Assembly: GCA_963785725.1 (NCBI GenBank)
Contig: CAWAWS010000007.1
Location: forward strand, 672,001-736,000
Source: an uncultured delta proteobacterium
Lineage (GTDB): Bacteria; Myxococcota_A; Polyangia; Palsa-1104
Reading direction: 5' to 3'
Length of the DNA stretch: 64,000 nt
In this document: in pieces, positions 1-10,826 of the stretch
Layout of the letters: each line of letters begins with the position of its first letter
Numbering within the stretch: the stretch's first letter is position 1
Program-made: the position numbers and the translations under genes
The notes under the pieces: generated by a model
The model's database searches: none
What the model was told of the DNA's origin: nothing
The model's input: only the letters and a program-made list of their open reading frames with translations

Positions 1-213
1 GGCCGCCGCCCCTTCGACGCGCAGCGCGCAGCCGCCGCCACGCCCAATGATGACCTCCGAACGATCGATCGCAAATGGAGCACGCTGCCCCCCCGAGAAC
101 TCCAACACAGCCGCCATGGGTCGCAATATTACGCTAGGGCGCGAGGTCAGTTCCACTCTCGTCGGTATGCGGCCGTGCGGAATTTTGCGGGTGCGACGAG
201 TCACACACCGCGT

Positions 214-1779
214 TCAGTCGAGCGCGAGCACGAGGCGGCGGACGGCTTCGTCGAGCTCGGGCTCGCTCAGGCCGGCGAAGCCGAGGCGCAGCGTCGGTTT
301 GGCGCGACCGTCGAAGGCGAAGCTGCGGCCGCTGCGGAATTCGGCGCCGCGGGCGCGGGCGCGTTCGGCCCAGGCGTCGACGTCGACGCCCTCGGCGCGC
401 GCCCACAACGCCATGCCGCCGGCCGGTCGCGTGAACGTCAGCACGTCGCCCAGCCGCGCTTGCAGCGTCGCCATCAGATGATCGCGCCGCGCGTGATAGA
501 TGCGGCGCATCCGTCGCGCGTGCCGCTGCAGCTCGCCGTCTTCGATGAGCTCGGCGACGGCGCATTCGACGACCTGATCGCCTTGCCGATCGATGGCGTG
601 TCGGAGCTCGGTCACGCGCTCGACGAGCGCCGGTGGCGCCACCAGAAAGCCGAGCCGCAGCGACGGCGCCAGAATCTTCGACAGCGTGCCGACGTAGACG
701 ACGCTCCCGCTCGTGTCGCTCGCCGCCAACGGCAGCACCGGCCGCCCTTCGTAGTGAAACTCGAAGTCGTAGTCGTCCTCGATGATGGCGAGGCGTCGCG
801 TGCGCGCCAGCTCGAGCAGCTGCAGCCGCCGGCCGGCCGCCAAGCCCACCGTCGTCGGATATTGATGATGCGGCGTCACGTAGACGGCGCGCAGCGGCTC
901 ACGCGCCGCCAGCGCCGCCAGCGCGTCGACGTCGACGCCGTCGCCATCGACGGGCAGCGGCACGACGCGCGCGCCGGTCGAGCCGAGGGCCGTCCACGCC
1001 GGCCGATAGCCGAGCCCCTCGACGGCGACGACGTCGCCGGGTGCGAGCAGCGCGCGGGCCACGAGGTCGAGCGCCATCTGGCTGCCGCGCGTGATGAGGA
1101 GATCGTCGGCGCCCGCCGCCAAGCCGCGCAAGGCCGACAGCATCGCCGCCAGCGCCACCCGCAGCCGCGCATGGCCGCGCGCGTCGCCGTAATCGAGCAG
1201 CTCGGGGCCGTGTTGGCTGAGCGCGCGACGATAGGCGCGGGCCAAGGGTGCCGTCGGCAAGAGGCGCACGTCGGGAACGCCGCCCGACAGTTGCAGCCGC
1301 CGCGCCGACAGATTCGCCGCTTTGGCGCGCGCGCCCGGCGCCTTGCCGCGCGGCTCGCCGGCGCGCGACCGCAGGCTCGTCGGATAGGGCGCGTCGCCGT
1401 GGCTGGCCGCCTCCAGCGTCGGCTGCGGCAAGAGCGGCGAACGGCGCGCCAGCTCGTAGCCGAGCCGACCCGGCATCGTCGCGCGCGCGCCGCCGCCGGG
1501 CAGTCGCCGCGCTTCGACCTCGGGCAGCGCCGTCGACACGAACGTGCCCGTCGCCTCCGCGGTCGTAATCCACCCTTCGGCCGCCAGCTCGCCGTACGCC
1601 GCCAGCACCGTGTTGCGATGGACGCCGAGCGTGCGCGCCAGCGTGCGACTGCCGGGCAGCGCGTCGCCCGGCCGCAGCCGGCCGCGCCGCACGTCGTCGC
1701 TGATGGCACGCGCCAGCCGCAAGAAGATCGGCTGATCGCCATCGGCCCGCAGATCCACCGCCACTTCCCATCCGCGCAT
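214..1779 (-). CDS. MocR/GabR-family regulator (GntR wHTH + PLP-dependent aminotransferase-like domain)
   Basis: N-terminal LRPGDALPGSRTLARTLGVHRNTV..AYGEL wHTH; aminotransferase motifs IIEDDYD and GTLSK..PSLRLG. Confidence 0.93.
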   Translation of the reverse strand: MRGWEVAVDLRADGDQPIFLRLARAISDDVRRGRLRPGDALPGSRTLARTLGVHRNTVLAAYGELAAEGWITTAEATGTFVSTALPEVEARRLPGGGARATMPGRLGYELARRSPLLPQPTLEAASHGDAPYPTSLRSRAGEPRGKAPGARAKAANLSARRLQLSGGVPDVRLLPTAPLARAYRRALSQHGPELLDYGDARGHARLRVALAAMLSALRGLAAGADDLLITRGSQMALDLVARALLAPGDVVAVEGLGYRPAWTALGSTGARVVPLPVDGDGVDVDALAALAAREPLRAVYVTPHHQYPTTVGLAAGRRLQLLELARTRRLAIIEDDYDFEFHYEGRPVLPLAASDTSGSVVYVGTLSKILAPSLRLGFLVAPPALVERVTELRHAIDRQGDQVVECAVAELIEDGELQRHARRMRRIYHARRDHLMATLQARLGDVLTFTRPAGGMALWARAEGVDVDAWAERARARGAEFRSGRSFAFDGRAKPTLRLGFAGLSEPELDEAVRRLVLALD

Positions 1780-1822
1780 GGTCTAGTCAATATCACCGAA
1801 CTGGAGCTTTCGGCGGTACCAG
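1779..1822. promoter_or_regulatory. Putative MocR operator in the short divergent intergenic region
   Basis: TGGTCT (1779-1784), CTGGAG (1801-1806) and inverted TACCAG (1817-1822): two direct plus one inverted half-site, as typical for MocR-family operators. Confidence 0.35.
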
Positions 1823-1832
1823 TGCGTCGGCT

Positions 1833-2951
1833 ATGCAACAGACCATGCGTAGAGAGCGCTTCTTTCGCATGGATGGCGCCGCCGCCGTGCAGCTGCTCGC
1901 CGATTCGGCGGTGGTCCACTTGGCGAGCACCGACGCCGCGGGCGCGCCGATCTTGCGCACGCTGCATGCGGTGGTCGTCGATGGCGCGCTCTCGTTTCAC
2001 GCGGCGCCGGTGGGCGAGAAAGCGGAGACGATCGGGCGCGCGGCCGTCGTCTCGGCCGAGGAGATCGTGGCCACGGTGCCGAGCTACTTCGCCGACCCCG
2101 AGCGCGCCTGCCCGGCGACGACGCTCTATCGCAGCGCGCAGGCGCATGGCGTCGTGACGGCGGTCGAGTCGCGCGCGGACAAGGCGCGCGTGCTGCAAGC
2201 GCTGATGCGTAAATATCAGCCCGAAGGCCGGCACGTGCCGATCGACGTCGCCGAGCCGCGCTTCGAGGAGCTCTACGGCAAGCAGGTCGACGCCATCTGG
2301 ATCGGTCGACTGCCGCTCGATCGCGTCGATGGCAAGAGCAAGCTGGCGCAGAATCGCTCGCCGGAAGAGCGGGCGCGGCTGTGCGAGCACTTGTGGGCGC
2401 GCGGCGAGGTCGGCGACCCGCGCGCGATCGAGCTCATCCGCGCCGCCAACGCCGACATGCCGACGCCCGAATTCCTGCGCTTTACGCCGAGCGAGAGCCT
2501 GGCGTCGCACGGGATTACGCCGGCGGTGACGCTGCACTGCGCGCTCGATGAGCGCGACGTCGCACCGGCGGTCGCGCTCTTGGCGCCGGAATATTGGAAC
2601 GTCGATCGGCACGCGCCCGAGCGGATCGCCGGCGCCTTGCGCGGCTCGTCGGCGTGGGTGGGCGCGCGCGACGGCGCCGGCGCGCTCGTCGCCTGCGCGC
2701 GCGCCGTCAGCGACGGGCACAAGAGCGCGTGGATCTACGACGTCATCGTCGCGCCGGCGTGGCGGCGGCGCGGGCTCGCCAGCGCCGTCATGCGCCTCTT
2801 GCTCGATCATCCGCGGCTGCGCGATGTGGCCACGCAGCTCCTGCAGACGCGCGACGCGCAACCGCTCTATCGCACGCTCGGTTTCGCGGCGGAGGCCGAA
2901 GTGCCGGCCCCGCCTTTTCCACGAACGGCTATGCTCCGCAACCAGAGGTGA
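1833..2951 (+). CDS. PaiB-like FMN-binding split-barrel domain fused to a C-terminal GNAT acetyltransferase
   Basis: CPATTLYRS and GKSKLAQNR (PaiB-like); C-terminal IYDVIVAPAWRRRGLA acetyl-CoA motif A and LYRTLGF. Confidence 0.8.
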   Translation: MQQTMRRERFFRMDGAAAVQLLADSAVVHLASTDAAGAPILRTLHAVVVDGALSFHAAPVGEKAETIGRAAVVSAEEIVATVPSYFADPERACPATTLYRSAQAHGVVTAVESRADKARVLQALMRKYQPEGRHVPIDVAEPRFEELYGKQVDAIWIGRLPLDRVDGKSKLAQNRSPEERARLCEHLWARGEVGDPRAIELIRAANADMPTPEFLRFTPSESLASHGITPAVTLHCALDERDVAPAVALLAPEYWNVDRHAPERIAGALRGSSAWVGARDGAGALVACARAVSDGHKSAWIYDVIVAPAWRRRGLASAVMRLLLDHPRLRDVATQLLQTRDAQPLYRTLGFAAEAEVPAPPFPRTAMLRNQR

Positions 2952-2953
2952 CC

Positions 2954-3595
2954 ATGGCGCTCACGCTGTACAGCGACGGGTTCTACATCAGCCCCTACGT
3001 CTTCTCCGTCTTCATCGCGCTGGAGGAGAAGGGCGTTCCTTATCAGCTCGCGACGGTGGCGTTGCAAGAGAAGGCGCAAGAACGGCCGGAATATCGCGAT
3101 CGCGCCATCACCGGCCGCGTCCCGGCGATCGATCACGATGGGTTTTGGCTCGCCGAATCGGCCGCCATCGACAACTATCTCGACGACGCCTTTCCCTTTC
3201 CGCAATATCGCCGCGCGCTGCCGGAGAACATCCAAGATCGCGCCCGCGCTCGCATGGTGCTCGACTGGATTCGCTCCGATCTGCTGCCGATCCGCGAGGA
3301 GCGTCCGACGCATACGATGTTCTACGAGCGCGCCAAGGCGCCGTTCTCGGCCGCGGGTGAGGCCGCGCAGAAGCGGCTGATCGAAATCGCCATGCGCCTC
3401 GTTCCCGAGGGCACGCCGTCGCTCTTCGGCGGCTGGTCGATCGCCGACAGCGATCTCGCGTTCATGCTGCAGCGGCTGATCCTGAACGGCCACGACGTCC
3501 CGGCGCGGCTGCGCAGCTTCGTCGACGCGCAGTGGGCGCGACCGTCGGTGCGCAAGTGGATTGCGCTGCCGCGGATTCCGTACGTCCCGTATTAG
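2954..3595 (+). CDS. yfcF: Glutathione S-transferase, YfcF-like
   Basis: LYSDGFYISPYVFSVFIALEEKG, RVP, ESAAI, WIRSDLLPIREERPT, LFGGWSIAD closely follow E. coli YfcF; ATG at 2954. Confidence 0.85.
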   Translation: MALTLYSDGFYISPYVFSVFIALEEKGVPYQLATVALQEKAQERPEYRDRAITGRVPAIDHDGFWLAESAAIDNYLDDAFPFPQYRRALPENIQDRARARMVLDWIRSDLLPIREERPTHTMFYERAKAPFSAAGEAAQKRLIEIAMRLVPEGTPSLFGGWSIADSDLAFMLQRLILNGHDVPARLRSFVDAQWARPSVRKWIALPRIPYVPY

Positions 3596-3959
3596 CGGTC
3601 ACGCCGCGCGACATTCCCGCGCGTAATCTCAGACTCGGGCGCGTGTGCTCGTCTCCGACGTCTGCGTTTGGCGGCGAACGTCGGCGCTGCGAGACCGAGC
3701 CCGCGATAAACCATTCGCCACTTTGCGCGCTCAACCGATGGCCGGCTCGATGGAGCGAGGACGGGCGCGCGCACCGCGCGCCCGCCCGTCCTCGCCAATC
3801 CGACAACCGCGCGCCGCGCGTCACCACGGTCCAAGACTGCGCGGCCGCGCCATCGCCCGCGCGCCGCGCAATCTCCCGCACGCCGCAATTCGACCGCGCG
3901 CCGCATCATCCACCGGCCGCGCCGCAATTCGCCACACGTCGCTCGCAGTTGGCCCGCCC

Positions 3960-3996
3960 AAAATAAAACCGGCGTTCGAAGACGCTCGAACGCCGG
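3960..3996 (-). terminator. Rho-independent terminator downstream of mdh
   Basis: Perfect 11-bp stem CCGGCGTTCGA (3969-3979) / TCGAACGCCGG (3986-3996), followed on the minus strand by TTTTATTTT. Confidence 0.75.
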
Positions 3997-4036
3997 CTGA
4001 AAACTCCCGAATGCGGCTTTGGCCGCGACTTCCGCG

Positions 4037-4975
<939 letters not shown>

Positions 4976-5106
4976 GGCGTCCTCCTTGAATAGGCGCGCA
5001 ATCTATAACGCGTTCGCTCTCGCGCGCAATGGCGGCAGCGACGAATGCCGACGAATGATCGGCGGCCGCGCAGCGGCGCGGTCGGACCGCGGCCGAGCGC
5101 GCGGCG

Positions 5107-5225
5107 CGGCGCGACGGTGAGCACGCACGCGCGAGCAGCGGCGGCAGATCTACGGCGCGACGGTGAGCGCGGGCGCGCGAGCCGCGGCGACAAATCTACG
5201 GCGCGACGGTGAGCGCGGGCGCGCC
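5107..5225. repeat. Degenerate tandem repeat, 46-bp period, about 2.5 copies, duplicating the 3' end of the 5196-6698 gene
   Basis: CGGCGCGACGGTGAGC at 5107, 5153 and 5199; stop-containing ATCTACGGCGCGACGGTGAGCGCGGGCGCGC present twice. Confidence 0.85.
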
Positions 5226-6698
5226 GGTCAACGGCGTCGCGGCGATGGTGACGGGCGGCGTCCAGCCGGCGCTGCCGAGCGTCGCGTGGCGCGGCAGGCC
5301 GTCGCCGTCGCGAACGTAGACGACGTCGACGATGCTGCCGCCCGAGCCGGTGACGAGCGCGGCCGGCAGGCTCGTCGTCTCGCCCGCCGACACCGCGACC
5401 ACGGTCGTCCACGCGTCGCCGACGAGCTGCGCGCTATAGAGCGCGCCGTCGCTGCCGTGGTAGACCGCGACCGGCGTGTCGTCGCTGCCGATGGCGAGGA
5501 GCGGCGCCGCGTCGGTGACGACGTAGCAGCTCGCCGGCTGACCGTCGCACAGGCTGTGCACGACGGTCGGCTGGCTGGTGACGAACGAGTACACGTGGTT
5601 GTCGTCGCCGCTGTAGAGGACGTGCACGCTGCCGCCTTGGTCGACGGCGACGGCGGGGCCGCGCGCGCTCGTGTTGCCGGTGAGCGCCGTCGCCGCGCCG
5701 CCGTTCGCCTGCACGATGCCGTCGTAGAGGTTGCCGTCGGTGCCGGTGAACACGGTGTGCACATCGCTGCCGGCGCGGAAGGCGGTAGGCGCGAGCGTCG
5801 ACAAGAAGTTGCCCTCGACGGCGGCGCTGCCGAAGCCGCTGCCGTCGTCGTGTAGCCAGTAGAGGCGCGCGTCGCCGTCGATGTTGCCGCGGAAGACGAC
5901 GTCGGTGGTGGCGCCGCCGACGAGCGCCGGCGGCAACGCCGACGACAACGCGCCGATGGGCGCCGGCGCGACGAAGCCGCTACAGTCGTCGAAGCGCACG
6001 GACGCGAGCGTGGCGTCGTGCTGGCAGAGTACAGCGAAGGGCCGGCCGGCGACGGTCGCGAGCGCCACGTCGTCGACGGCGACGGCCCCCGCGGCGGCGG
6101 GCAGCGCGCTCCAGCCGCCGGCGGCGACGCGCGCCGCGAAGAGGCCGGAGCCGCTCGGCGCCAACAGGTACAGCGTGCTCGCCGCGCCAGCCGGCGCGTA
6201 AGGACAGCGCGCCAGATCGTCAGCCGCCGCGAAGTCGGCGACGATCGCCAAGTCGTGGACGCCCGTCGCCGCCGCCAGATCGACGCCCGTCGCCGCCAAA
6301 TCCGCCGCAGCGAGGTCGACGCCCGTCGCCGCCGCGAGGTCGACGCTCGTCGCCATCGCGAGGTCGACGCTTGTCGCCGTCGCGAGGTCGACGCTTGTCG
6401 CCGCCGCGAGATCGTGCGCGACCGGCGGAGGCGCGAGATCAGCGACCGCCGGCGCCGCCAGATCGTGCGCGCCCGCGGCCGTCGCCAGATCCGCCGCCGC
6501 CAAGTCGCCGCCGACCGCGAGATCCGCTGCCCCGATTCCCGCGAGGTCGCGTGGTTCCGCAGGCGCGGTCAGGTCGGCCGGCACGCCGTTGCCGCCGACG
6601 CCGCTCGCCAAGTCGACGTCTGCCGTCGCTGGCGTCGGCGTGCATCCGGCAGCGATCAGCCCCAGCGTTACGGACAAAACGAAACAGCCACGCGACAT
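5196..6698 (-). CDS. Lipoprotein with a long DLA-repeat low-complexity linker and a beta-rich (propeller-like) C-terminal domain
   Basis: Lipobox IAAGC; more than 15 DLA motifs including tandem ATSVDLA/ATGVDLA; repeated VFxGxDxxLY blade-like motifs. Confidence 0.75.
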   Translation of the reverse strand: MSRGCFVLSVTLGLIAAGCTPTPATADVDLASGVGGNGVPADLTAPAEPRDLAGIGAADLAVGGDLAAADLATAAGAHDLAAPAVADLAPPPVAHDLAAATSVDLATATSVDLAMATSVDLAAATGVDLAAADLAATGVDLAAATGVHDLAIVADFAAADDLARCPYAPAGAASTLYLLAPSGSGLFAARVAAGGWSALPAAAGAVAVDDVALATVAGRPFAVLCQHDATLASVRFDDCSGFVAPAPIGALSSALPPALVGGATTDVVFRGNIDGDARLYWLHDDGSGFGSAAVEGNFLSTLAPTAFRAGSDVHTVFTGTDGNLYDGIVQANGGAATALTGNTSARGPAVAVDQGGSVHVLYSGDDNHVYSFVTSQPTVVHSLCDGQPASCYVVTDAAPLLAIGSDDTPVAVYHGSDGALYSAQLVGDAWTTVVAVSAGETTSLPAALVTGSGGSIVDVVYVRDGDGLPRHATLGSAGWTPPVTIAATPLTGAPALTVAP

Positions 6699-6793
6699 GG
6701 CCGAGAACGCTACGCCTACAAAATTAGAAACTCAAGTTAGAGTCACGCATTCGCCCGACGACGCGGAGGCCTGTGTATGTCTATATTTGCGGG

Positions 6794-7564
6794 ATGCCCG
6801 CGCCTTCGTTTCGCTGTCTGGTGACGCTGCCCCTCGTGCTGTCGTCGCTCCTGGCGGCAACCTCGGCGCACGCCACGCAATGTCGCGTCGTCGACGGTGG
6901 CTCGCCCGCGCTCGCCGCCATCGACGCCGAGACCCGCCTCGCGTGGCTCGATCGTCGCTTGCGCATCGCGGGGCAGCACGATCTGTTGTGGGCGGCGATG
7001 TGGGGCAGCGTCTACGGCGCGCTCACCGTCGGACAGCTGGCGCTGTGGCCGACGTCGAACAATCACACCGATCGCGCCGAGAAGGTCGTCGGCGCCTCGG
7101 CGTCGTTCATCGGCACGCTGTCGACGGTGATCCTGCCGCCGAAGGCGATCGCCGACGCGCGCTGGTGGGCGCGCCACTACGCGCTCGCCGCCGGTCACGA
7201 CGATCCGTGCGTGCTCGTCAACATCGCCGAGCAGATCCTCGTGCGCGACGCGGCCGACGACGAATTCGGCTCCGGCCCGCTCGTCCACCTCGGCAACTTC
7301 ATCATCAACGGCGCCGCCGGCTTCATCCTCGGCTTCGGCTACGGCGACTGGAAGGCGTGGGGCTACACGACGATCGTCGGCATCGTCGTCGGCGAAGTGC
7401 AGACCGCCACGCGCCCCAACGAGTCGCTCGAGGATTTACGGCGTTATCGTCGCGGCGAGCTCGACGCGCGCGTCGTCGAGAAGGTCCATTGGGCGGTATT
7501 GCCGGTGTTCTCGCACGACAACCTCAGCTCCAGCATCGGCGCGTCCTTCTCGCTCACGTGGTGA
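6794..7564 (+). CDS. Hypothetical secreted/membrane protein
   Basis: Signal-peptide-like N-terminus, hydrophobic segments, aromatic C-terminus (SFSLTW); GC3-rich codon usage. Confidence 0.65.
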   Translation: MPAPSFRCLVTLPLVLSSLLAATSAHATQCRVVDGGSPALAAIDAETRLAWLDRRLRIAGQHDLLWAAMWGSVYGALTVGQLALWPTSNNHTDRAEKVVGASASFIGTLSTVILPPKAIADARWWARHYALAAGHDDPCVLVNIAEQILVRDAADDEFGSGPLVHLGNFIINGAAGFILGFGYGDWKAWGYTTIVGIVVGEVQTATRPNESLEDLRRYRRGELDARVVEKVHWAVLPVFSHDNLSSSIGASFSLTW

Positions 7565-7644
7565 CGTCCGCGACGCGCCGGCAGTCTGGCGCGCTCGCTG
7601 CATCCGAGTAAGCCAGCGGCTCTTGCCGCGCGGAGGCTGCGACG

Positions 7645-7854
7645 ATGCGAAAGTGGATGCTGGCGATGAGCGCGGGTTCGTTGTTGGCGCTGGGCGCATT
7701 CGGCTGCTCACACACCGTGGATCAGGCGCGCGCCGACTATCACCAGGACAAGGCCGAGCGCGCCGCCGATCACGGTCTCTACGACAAGGCCGCCCGCGAG
7801 CAGCGCGCCGCGGACATCGACGAGCACAAGGCCGAGGAAGCGCCGCTGCCGTAA
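7645..7854 (+). CDS. Small lipoprotein (69 aa)
   Basis: GGAGG RBS, lipobox AFGC, helical charged mature part. Confidence 0.7.
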   Translation: MRKWMLAMSAGSLLALGAFGCSHTVDQARADYHQDKAERAADHGLYDKAAREQRAADIDEHKAEEAPLP

Positions 7855-7888
7855 CGATCGCGCGGCGCGGCCCGCACGTCCGGCGACG

Positions 7889-8414
7889 TCAGTCGCAGCT
7901 GTCCGTCGGCGCGCACACCGCGTCCGCGGTGCAACAGCGATAGCCGTCGCGACAGCCCGTCGCCGCGCCCGGCGTGCACTTGGCCATGCACAGGTTGAAG
8001 GTGCCGCCTTCGCGCGCGCACATGCTGTCGGTCGGACAGGCCGTGTTCGTGCAGTCGCGCGTGCAGTGGCCGCCGGGAAACTGCACCTTCGTCTTGCCGG
8101 CGCCGACCTGATCGACGCACACCAGCCCGTCGCCGCCGCACTCCGCCGACGTCTTGCACGCGGCGCCGACCAGCGACGCCGGCGCGAGCGGCGCCATGTC
8201 CATCGCCACCATCGGCGGCGGCGGCGGCGGCGGCGCGCCCATCTTGACCGCCAAGTCGTCGACGGAGGCCGCCAGAATCGACGTCGACGCCCGGCGCCGG
8301 CCGGCCCGCCGCGCTACCCGACAGCGCGAGGTCGGGGCCGCCGCTACCGCCTGCCGACGCCACCTGAAACTGGCAGCCCGCCAAGCTCAGCATTAGCCAC
8401 AAGACCGACCGCAT
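7889..8414 (-). CDS. Cys-rich lipoprotein, apparently split by one frameshift near 8290-8320
   Basis: Lipobox LAGC in the frame starting at 8414; poly-Pro/DMA linker and Cys-rich domain (GGHCTRDC..CMAKC..CRDGYRCC) in a different frame ending at 7889. Confidence 0.6.
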
Positions 8415-8598
8415 GCGCGCTTACAGTGCAATGACGAGACCATCCGTTGCCGTCGTCATTCCAAACGCTTACGCAGCTGGAAGCGGGAGTCGGACGGCGC
8501 GACTGGGAGGCCTACACCTCGCCCCTGCGGCGTCATCCGCGCAGGGCGGCTCGGCGCCGGATCCGAAACAGCGCGCGGCGATCGACGAGCGTGGCGGC

Positions 8599-9273
8599 TT
8601 AGAACGAGCCGAGATTGTGGAAATTCGACGGGACGCCGGACGAGCTCTTCGTGCCCAACAGAACGCCGGCCGTGACCGCGCCACCGACGACGAGCACGCC
8701 GCCGATGATGCCGAGCGCGATCCAGCGTCCTTTGTGCGACGGCTTCTCCGGCGGCGGCGGCGTCACGACGAGGACGGGCGCGACGACCGGCGGCGGCGGC
8801 GCCACGGCCGGCGGCGGCGGCGCAACGACGGCGACCGGCGGCGGCGCCGTCGGCGCGAGCAGCGGCGGCGCCCGCGTGCCCGGCGCCGGCGGCACATCGC
8901 TCGACGGCGACGTCGCGTGCGCGCGCGACAACACGGCGATCCAGCGCTGCACGTAAACTCGCTCGCGCGCGTTCGGCTCCGCCGCCAGATAACGACGGTA
9001 AAACTCCAGCGCCTTGCCGCGCTGACCCGACAGCCGCGCCATCTGCGCGATGTCGTACAAGAACAGCGGCAGCGGCACACAGGCGTAGCCGGCTTCGAAA
9101 TCAGCCATCGCTTGCAGGTAGTTGCCGAGCTTGTGGTGCGCCTGGCCGAGCTCGAACTGCGCTTTGGCCACGCGCTCACCGCCGCAGCCGGGATCGGCCG
9201 CTTCCACGTTCGCCGCCATTCCCAGGAGCACAACGAGCACGAGCACGAGCAAACGCACGGGGCGATGAATCAT
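8599..9273 (-). CDS. Secreted TPR protein with Pro-rich linker and C-terminal hydrophobic segment
   Basis: Signal peptide; AKAQFELG..GNYLQAMADFEAGY..PLFLYDIAQ..ALEFYRRYL TPR pattern. Confidence 0.8.
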   Translation of the reverse strand: MIHRPVRLLVLVLVVLLGMAANVEAADPGCGGERVAKAQFELGQAHHKLGNYLQAMADFEAGYACVPLPLFLYDIAQMARLSGQRGKALEFYRRYLAAEPNARERVYVQRWIAVLSRAHATSPSSDVPPAPGTRAPPLLAPTAPPPVAVVAPPPPAVAPPPPVVAPVLVVTPPPPEKPSHKGRWIALGIIGGVLVVGGAVTAGVLLGTKSSSGVPSNFHNLGSF

Positions 9274-9358
9274 CCGCGCGTGATTATGCGGGATCGATGG
9301 CGGCGGGCGCAAACGCCGTCGCTCGTCGAGCGTGGCTGCGTGCTATAAATAGGTCGTG

Positions 9359-10549
9359 ATGGGTTCGTCTGCTGCACTGCGCGCGTGCGCCTGTTTTGCG
9401 GCCGTGCTCGCGGGCTGCGGCGGCTCGTCGGCGACGCTGCTCGTCGAAGTGGTCGATACCAAGGCCGGCGCCAGCTTCGACAGCCTCGACGTGCACGTCT
9501 ACGATCCGCATGGCGTCGTCGCCTCCACGCACGTCGCCAAAGTGATCCTGCCGGGCGCGCTCGTGGCCAAGCATCTGGCGGACAAGGCGCAGGTCGTGCG
9601 CGTCGTCGTCGCCGGCAACGGCGCGATGCCGGCGCTGGGCGCGGCGGAGACGATGATGGTCGCCGGTGGGCAGGCGACGGCTCAGGTCGATCTCGCGAGC
9701 AGCTTGCAAGACAGCGACGGCGACGGCGTTCCCGACGCCTACGACGACTGTCCCAACGTGCCCGATCCCGATCAGCACAGCACCAACGGCGGCGCGCCCG
9801 GCGACGCGTGCGGCGGCGGCGGCGACATGGCGGTCGGCCTCGATCTCGCGAGCGGCGGCATGGCCGGCGGCGGCGGTGGCGGTGTGGCCGGCGGCGGCGG
9901 CGGCGGCACGACGGCGATCCTCGACATGAGCATGGCGCCGCCCGCCGACATGGCCGGCGTGCTCCTCTTCGACGACTTCACCAGCGACACGCTCGATCCC
10001 AACTTGTGGGTCACGAACGTCGGCGGCGGCGGCAAGGTCACCGTCGCGGGCGGCCTCGTCACCATCAACGCCGGCACCGCGGCCTCGGCCTTCGCCGAGC
10101 TGGTGTCGAAGACGTCGTTCCCCGTCGGTACGACGTTCACGGCGCGGGTCAGCCTCGCCGTCGGCCAGACCTACGACGAAAAGGGCGTCGGCTATGCCAA
10201 TGCGCGGCTGTCGGACGGCTGCGGCACCGGCGAGACCGAAGCGGCGATGATCCGCGGACAGAGCAACATCCTGTTGATCGAGCCCAAGACCAACAATATC
10301 TCGCAATGCGGCGCGTTGAACGCCGAGCAGAACCCGTATCCGGCCGGCTATCGGACGTTCAAGATCGTGCGGTTGAGCTCGAACGAGATCGACTTTTACG
10401 ATGGTACGGCCGCGCAAACGGACACGTTCGCGGTGCCGGGCGGGCTCTTGCCGGCGCGCATCGGCACGTTCACGAGCACGGCCAATCCGGCCGATCTCAC
10501 CGATCCGGTCACGATCATCGTCGACTGGGTGCTGGTCACGCAGAACTGA
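9359..10549 (+). CDS. Lipoprotein with thrombospondin type-3 (Ca-binding) repeat and beta-sandwich C-terminal domain
   Basis: Lipobox LAGC; DSDGDGVPDAYDDCPNVPDPDQ; Gly-rich and DMA linker. Confidence 0.75.
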   Translation: MGSSAALRACACFAAVLAGCGGSSATLLVEVVDTKAGASFDSLDVHVYDPHGVVASTHVAKVILPGALVAKHLADKAQVVRVVVAGNGAMPALGAAETMMVAGGQATAQVDLASSLQDSDGDGVPDAYDDCPNVPDPDQHSTNGGAPGDACGGGGDMAVGLDLASGGMAGGGGGGVAGGGGGGTTAILDMSMAPPADMAGVLLFDDFTSDTLDPNLWVTNVGGGGKVTVAGGLVTINAGTAASAFAELVSKTSFPVGTTFTARVSLAVGQTYDEKGVGYANARLSDGCGTGETEAAMIRGQSNILLIEPKTNNISQCGALNAEQNPYPAGYRTFKIVRLSSNEIDFYDGTAAQTDTFAVPGGLLPARIGTFTSTANPADLTDPVTIIVDWVLVTQN

Positions 10550-10601
10550 AGCGCGGCTGCGTTCGGGAGTGGTAGGCTCCTCGCCGAAGGGATTGAGACC
10601 C

Positions 10602-10826
10602 ATGAACGCGAGCTGCTCCACCTGCGCGACGCTGGCCGGCAAAGACCGCTGCCCATTCCACACTCAAGGCGGCCGCAAGCAGCTGTCGACCGTGCCGCCG
10701 CGCGGTGTGGCCGATGCCTGCCCGCAGTGCGGCAACGCCGACGTCGACGTGCTCGACGCCTTCTTCGACACCGAGAACCGCGCCTGGCATCCGCCCTGCG
10801 CCGTCGTCGCGTTGCGCAGCCTCTGA
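10602..10826 (+). CDS. Small Cys/His-rich putative zinc-binding protein (74 aa)
   Basis: CxxC, CxxH, CxxC and HxxC motifs. Confidence 0.5.
   Translation: MNASCSTCATLAGKDRCPFHTQGGRKQLSTVPPRGVADACPQCGNADVDVLDAFFDTENRAWHPPCAVVALRSL

Noticed and set aside
175..2157. Long overlapping ORFs such as 175-2157, 876-2861, 35893-38124, 41193-43349, 43505-45748
   Set aside because: Arg/Ala-rich antisense or off-frame shadows of real genes, expected in very high-GC DNA with few stop codons.
3596..3959. Possible ncRNA or small gene in the yfcF-mdh gap (CGCCGCAATTCG at 3881 and 3920)
   Set aside because: Only short low-complexity repeats; no convincing ORF or recognisable RNA family.
5107..5225. Possible mini-CRISPR array
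   Set aside because: The intervening sequences are similar to each other rather than unique spacers, the repeat is the end of a coding gene, and no cas genes are present.
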